Below, piece by piece: positions 59,395-64,000 of a DNA stretch of 64,000 nt; position 1 is the stretch's first letter, and each line of letters begins with the position of its first letter. This DNA is from Octopus vulgaris. Lineage: Eukaryota. The position numbers and the translations under genes were made by a program. The notes under the pieces are model-generated. The model had not been told where the DNA came from, ran no database searches, and saw nothing but the letters and a program-made list of their open reading frames with translations. The stretch spans positions 156,426,001 to 156,490,000 of the forward strand of contig OX597816.1 of the NCBI GenBank assembly GCA_951406725.2, given 5' to 3'.

Positions 59395-59660
59395 TTCAGG
59401 ATGACAACACATAAATATACTGCAACACAATTTCTTTTCCTCAATACCCCAAAACAGATCAAAGAGGAAAAGGGTGCCATCAGCTTTAAACGGAATCTGG
59501 ACAAATTTCTACGAAGAATACCAGACGAGCCACCTATACCTGAACTCACAAAAGCTCCCGGCATAATGGACTATCATATCACAAAACTTGACTTTAAAAA
59601 GATTCAGCTAATGCTATCAAGTGGGACTATTAAGTTAGACATGGCCTGGACCAATCTTTG
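59395..59660 (+). mobile_element. CR1/L2-like LINE 3' fragment
   Basis: FKRNLDKFLRRIPDEP. aagttagacatggcctggaccaatctttg is shared with 28850-28878. Confidence 0.8.
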
Positions 59661-60259
59661 TTACATGACGCAATGCTCTACGCGGTCCGAGAAGCAAAAC
59701 CCAAACCTTGACATGGTGAAACGAACACTCTCTAAACACTAGGCCGCTCTCACTCAGTGGATAATATCGTCTTTGTCCTCCACTACTGTCCTCAGTATAC
59801 TAAGAATGTGCGACTACTCATTCAAACAGACTTGATCACTGCAGACAGACTTTTGATCCTAAGTGGCTGACCTGTGCACGAATAACAATGACAATAACAA
59901 CAACATCATTCTCTATTATATAACAATATCAGCCTTTCATTCTTTTCCCTTTTATTTCTACTTATTTTTTGCTTTATTCTATTTTTATCTTGCAGGTATT
60001 CCCTCACACTGTTCGTTATCTCACATGCCCACCCACCCCTCTCTCTCTCTCTCTCTTTCTTTTTCTATCTCTAACTTTCTGTCTGTTCTATTACCTCCTC
60101 TTGCATTCGTGATTCTTATTCATTCACTATTCTCTCTCACTCACTCACTCACTCACTCACTCACTCACTCACTCACTCATTCACTCACTCACTCACTCAC
60201 TCTCAATCTCTCTCTCACGCTTCTATTGTTTTCCAGTAGTATTTATCATTCGCCTTGTC

Positions 60260-60311
<52 letters not shown>

Positions 60312-60397
60312 TCGTTCTTTCTGTCTGTGTGTCTCTTTCACTCTCTCTCTTTCAATATCGCACACACACGCGCACACGCACACACACGCACACACAT

Positions 60398-60456
<59 letters not shown>

Positions 60457-61086
60457 GAAGCTGCACCTTCAATTCCTCAAAATTCCAAAATTCCCCTCTA
60501 ATGAGCGCAAAGAAATTTCTTACTTTTCTACGCATCACCCAATTGGTCACCACTCTACAACGCCCTCCACTTCCTCGTATACGACCGCTTCCAAACTACT
60601 ACTACTACTACTACTACAGCTGCTGCTGCTGCTGCTGCTGTTGCTGCTGTTAATACTACTACTGCTGACAATGGCGTTAGTACTACCTATAGACACATTA
60701 CCAATAATTCGATACATATCCACTTCCTCCTCACTTCTTCTTCCCACTTTTACCTGCTCCCCCACATCCTCCTCCACCTCCTCATCATCATCATGATCAT
60801 CGTCATTATCTTTATCATCATCATCATTACTCGTTAACCCCACCAACAAATATGCTTACGTGCATTTTTTTGCGCATTTTTTTTATTGTTTTATTTGTTT
60901 CAGTCAGTTGAGTGCGGCCATGCCGGAGCACCACCTTTAGTCGAGCGAATCGACTGCAGGACTTATTCATTGTAAGCCTAGTACTTATTCTATTGGACTT
61001 TTAGGCCGAACAGCCAGGTTGTGGGGGACGTAAGCACACCAGCATCGGTTAAGCGTTGTTGGGGAGACAAACACAGACACGCAAAT

Positions 61087-61156
<70 letters not shown>

Positions 61157-61220
61157 CTGCGTGATCGTTGGCGATTTTTTTTCCTCCGCCTTCCTCCCCT
61201 TGGATCCTTCATTTTCCTAT

Positions 61221-61255
61221 GTTTCTGACGAAGAGCTCCGCCCGAAACGTTAAAT
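61221..61255 (+). ncRNA. Minimal type I hammerhead ribozyme, canonical core (family H1 repeat 61150-61360)
   Basis: GTTT-CTGACGA-A-GAGC-tcc-GCCC-GAAAC-GTT-AAAT, with a palindromic AACGTT stem III. Confidence 0.72.
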
Positions 61256-61530
61256 CCTCCTTCTTTCTTCCCTTTCCTGAGCGTCCAATAACACTATACT
61301 TGTTTCACGACCTCGCGTTGTAGTGTTTTCTCTTTGTCTTTTCATGTTTGGGTTAACTACATATATATATGTATATATATGGGGGGGGGGGGTAAACGTT
61401 TGGTATATACTCCAAAGTATTGAAAAAACTTTTTATCAATTCTGTTATAACTTCTTAATAATCTTTTGAATAACCCTAAATCGTAACTTTTTACAATATG
61501 GCAATATTGTTTAAAATATTTTAACTATAA

Positions 61531-62511
61531 TAGATGCAGGAGTGGCTGTGTGGTAAGTAGCTTGTTTACCAACCACATGGTTCCGGGTTCAGTCCCACTG
61601 CGTGGCACCTTGGGCAAGTGTCTTCTACTATAGCCTCGGGCCGACCAAAGCCTTGTGAGTGGATTTGGTAGACGGAAACTGAAAGAAGACCGTCGTATAT
61701 ATGTATATATATATAACGGGAAGCTTTATGAAAATAAACAAAAGACGAAGGCAGGTGGAAAACAAACGAACAATTGTATTAGTATGGCGCTATAAGTGCG
61801 TATGCGAGGTCTGGACGTGTGTATGTATAGGGTTGGTGTAAGTATTAGTATGTACTAGTATGTATTAGTACGTATTAGTATGTATTAGTTGGTGTGTGTA
61901 TTAGTATGGCACATCATATGTGATGTGATGTGTAAAGTCATGTGGTGTAGTGAGGAGAAGAGGGGGAGGGGGAGAAGAGGGGGGAGAGAAGGGGAGGGGA
62001 AGAAAGAGGGGAGGGGAAGGGGGAGAGGAGAGGATGGGGAGAAGGAAGGGGATGAGGGGGATGAAGGAGGAAAGAGGGAGAGGGGGGAGAGAGAAGGGGA
62101 GAGAGGGAGTGAGGGAGCAGAGGGAAGGGGAAGAGGGAGGGAGAAAGAGGGAAGAAGGGAAGGGGAGTAGGGGTTAGTGGAAGTGAAGTGGAGGGCTGGA
62201 TGGAAAGATTAGACGAAAGAGAGGAAGGAATCTAGATGTTCGCGGGAGAGTGAGGTGGCACCGATAATGTCGTCAATATAACGACCATAGGCGTGTGTGT
62301 GTCTGTGTTTGTCCCCCTAGCATTGCTTGACAACCGATGCTGGTGTGTTTATGTCCCCGTTACTTAGCGGTTCGGCAAAAGAGACCGATAGAATAAGTGC
62401 TGGGCTTAGAAAATAATAAGTCTCGGGGTCGAGTTGCTCGATTAAAGGCGGTGCTCCAGTATGGCCACAGTCACATGACTGAAACAAGTAAAAGAGTAAA
62501 AGAGTAAAAGA
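61531..62511 (+). mobile_element. SINE family S1 split by a ~580 bp insertion (61715-62292) containing a G/A-rich tract
   Basis: The 5' half (61531-61700) and 3' half (62298-62511) flank unrelated sequence inserted at the internal TA/TG microsatellite. Confidence 0.8.
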
Positions 62512-62781
62512 TTATAGTACTACATAAGATTTCCCTGTTTTCATTATCATTGGTCTGCTAGTGCCCGGTCCCCTTAATTTTTAGCTAACATCTTGATACA
62601 CAATCATACATATATATATATATACATATATACATGTATACGACGGGCTTCTTTCAGTTTCCGTCTACCATATCCACTCACCAGAAAATGCACATAATGT
62701 ATAGGTTAAGTTTAAGTGGTCAGTAATATTTACTGCACTTGTGGTGCTTCTATTTCATATTTGAATATATATATATGTATG

Positions 62782-62837
<56 letters not shown>

Positions 62838-62838
<1 letters not shown>

Positions 62839-62869
62839 TAGCTGAAGGTGACCCGCTCTACGCGCGGGT
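62838..62869 (-). mobile_element. Helitron 3' terminus (element extends rightward)
   Basis: Minus strand reads ACCCGC-gcgtaga-GCGGGT hairpin, a 9-nt spacer, then CTAG followed by T in a (TA)n site. Confidence 0.75.
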
Positions 62870-62899
62870 AAGAGCGTGGTTGTTACTTTCTGTTGCTTC

Positions 62900-63215
62900 C
62901 TTTCAGCACGTAAAAAGCACCATCCGAACGTGGCCGATTGCAGCGCCGCCTTGACTTGCTTCAGTGCCGGTGGCACGTAAAATGCACCAACCGATCGTTG
63001 CCGCTGCGAGACCCCCTGGCACCTGTGCCGGCGGCACGAAAAAAGCACCCACTACACTCACAGAGTGGTTGGCGTTAGGAAGATCATCCACCTGTAGAAA
63101 CACTGCCAGATCAGACTGGAGCCTGGTGCAACCTCCTGGCTTCCCAGACCCCGGTCACACTGTCCAAACCGTGCTAGCACGGAAAACGGACGTTAAACGA
63201 TGATGATGATGATGA
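62900..63215 (+). mobile_element. 5'-truncated SINE with three internal gcacgtaaaaagcacc repeats and a (GAT)n tail
   Basis: Ends gctagcacggaaaacggacgttaaacgatgatgatg. Confidence 0.7.
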
Positions 63216-63540
63216 TTCTTCGTCTTTGTTTCTCTCTCCTTTCTCTCTCACTTTCCCACTCTCTTACTTTTCTTTTCTCTCGAACTCTCCCTCGCTTTCT
63301 CTTACTCTCTATCTTTATGTATCTCTCTCCCATTTATAAACAACAGAAGATCTTGCGTAAGTTGAGAAATAAAATATTTAGAAAGATCAATCATAAATAT
63401 CAGGCAGTGGCAACGGAAAGGTCTGCTTCAAGGCAGACAGCAAAACGTTAACATTTAAAAGGGACAGACGAACTTGCGAGCTGAATAAAAATAATAAAAT
63501 ATTGGAAACCAAAGTTTGAAGGGATAGAATCTGAGGATAG

Positions 63541-63790
63541 TAGATCACCATGGCTGGCATTTCTTAACGACGGACAACAACGTATTGACAGTTTAACGGC
63601 TGGCGTAAATTTTTGAACTTGATGTAAAAGAAAATTCGTCAACACCAAGTTTTGAAGTGATTCTTTCTCACGACAGTAGACTCACCATGGCAAACATTCA
63701 AAACTTCTTTATCATGGACGGCAACACATTGACGATTAAAAGGCTGGCGCAAATTTTTTAGCTTGATGTAACAGAGAATTCCTAAACACC
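63541..63790. repeat. Two diverged tandem copies of a ~140 bp unit
   Basis: tcaccatggc...attgac...ggctggcg.aaattttt...cttgatgtaa.aga.aattc....aacacc is repeated. Confidence 0.7.
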
Positions 63791-64000
63791 CGCTCCTTGA
63801 AATTCTAATCCCCTTCCAGCCCCATTTAGACCCCTTTTCACATTTTGGTTAATATAACCCGATTTCATTCGGGTCTACTGGGGCCACATTTTATAAGATG
63901 AGGAATTTTGTCCTAGAGGTGACGCCTTTCATTTGAGGGAAAAAAATAGTGGTCATGCAAACTTGCCAGCACTTTTAACATAGGTGTGCATATTTTCAGC

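Noticed and set aside
61950-62230. G/E/R-rich ORFs and G-quadruplex potential
   Set aside because: This is a low-complexity purine tract within an insertion, with no evidence of coding or function.

Overview
This is AT-rich, microsatellite-saturated eukaryotic DNA, probably intergenic or intronic. The tRNA-derived SINE families and the density of (TA)n/(CA)n/(TAG)n/(AAT)n repeats suggest an octopus or other coleoid cephalopod (inference from remembered repeat families). I can support no intact host protein-coding gene, and nearly all listed ORFs are translations of simple repeats. The real content is mobile DNA: many SINE copies (several with target-site duplications), a decayed CR1/L2-like LINE interrupted by a Penelope-like (GIY-YIG) fragment, RTE and R4/Dong-like LINE ends, Tc1/mariner and hAT MITEs, and a Helitron 3' end. 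The most interesting layer is about a dozen minimal type I hammerhead-ribozyme (HHR) motifs from several sequence families. They sit mostly in short elements embedded in (TA)n, and some are arranged as inverted pairs. One family is a tRNA-headed, (AAT)n-containing, HHR-tailed element, found both directly behind the GIY-YIG ORF and as a solo copy. A duplicated 82-nt hairpin with a compensatory base change is also present. SINE and LINE boundaries are approximate unless a TSD or TIR is quoted.
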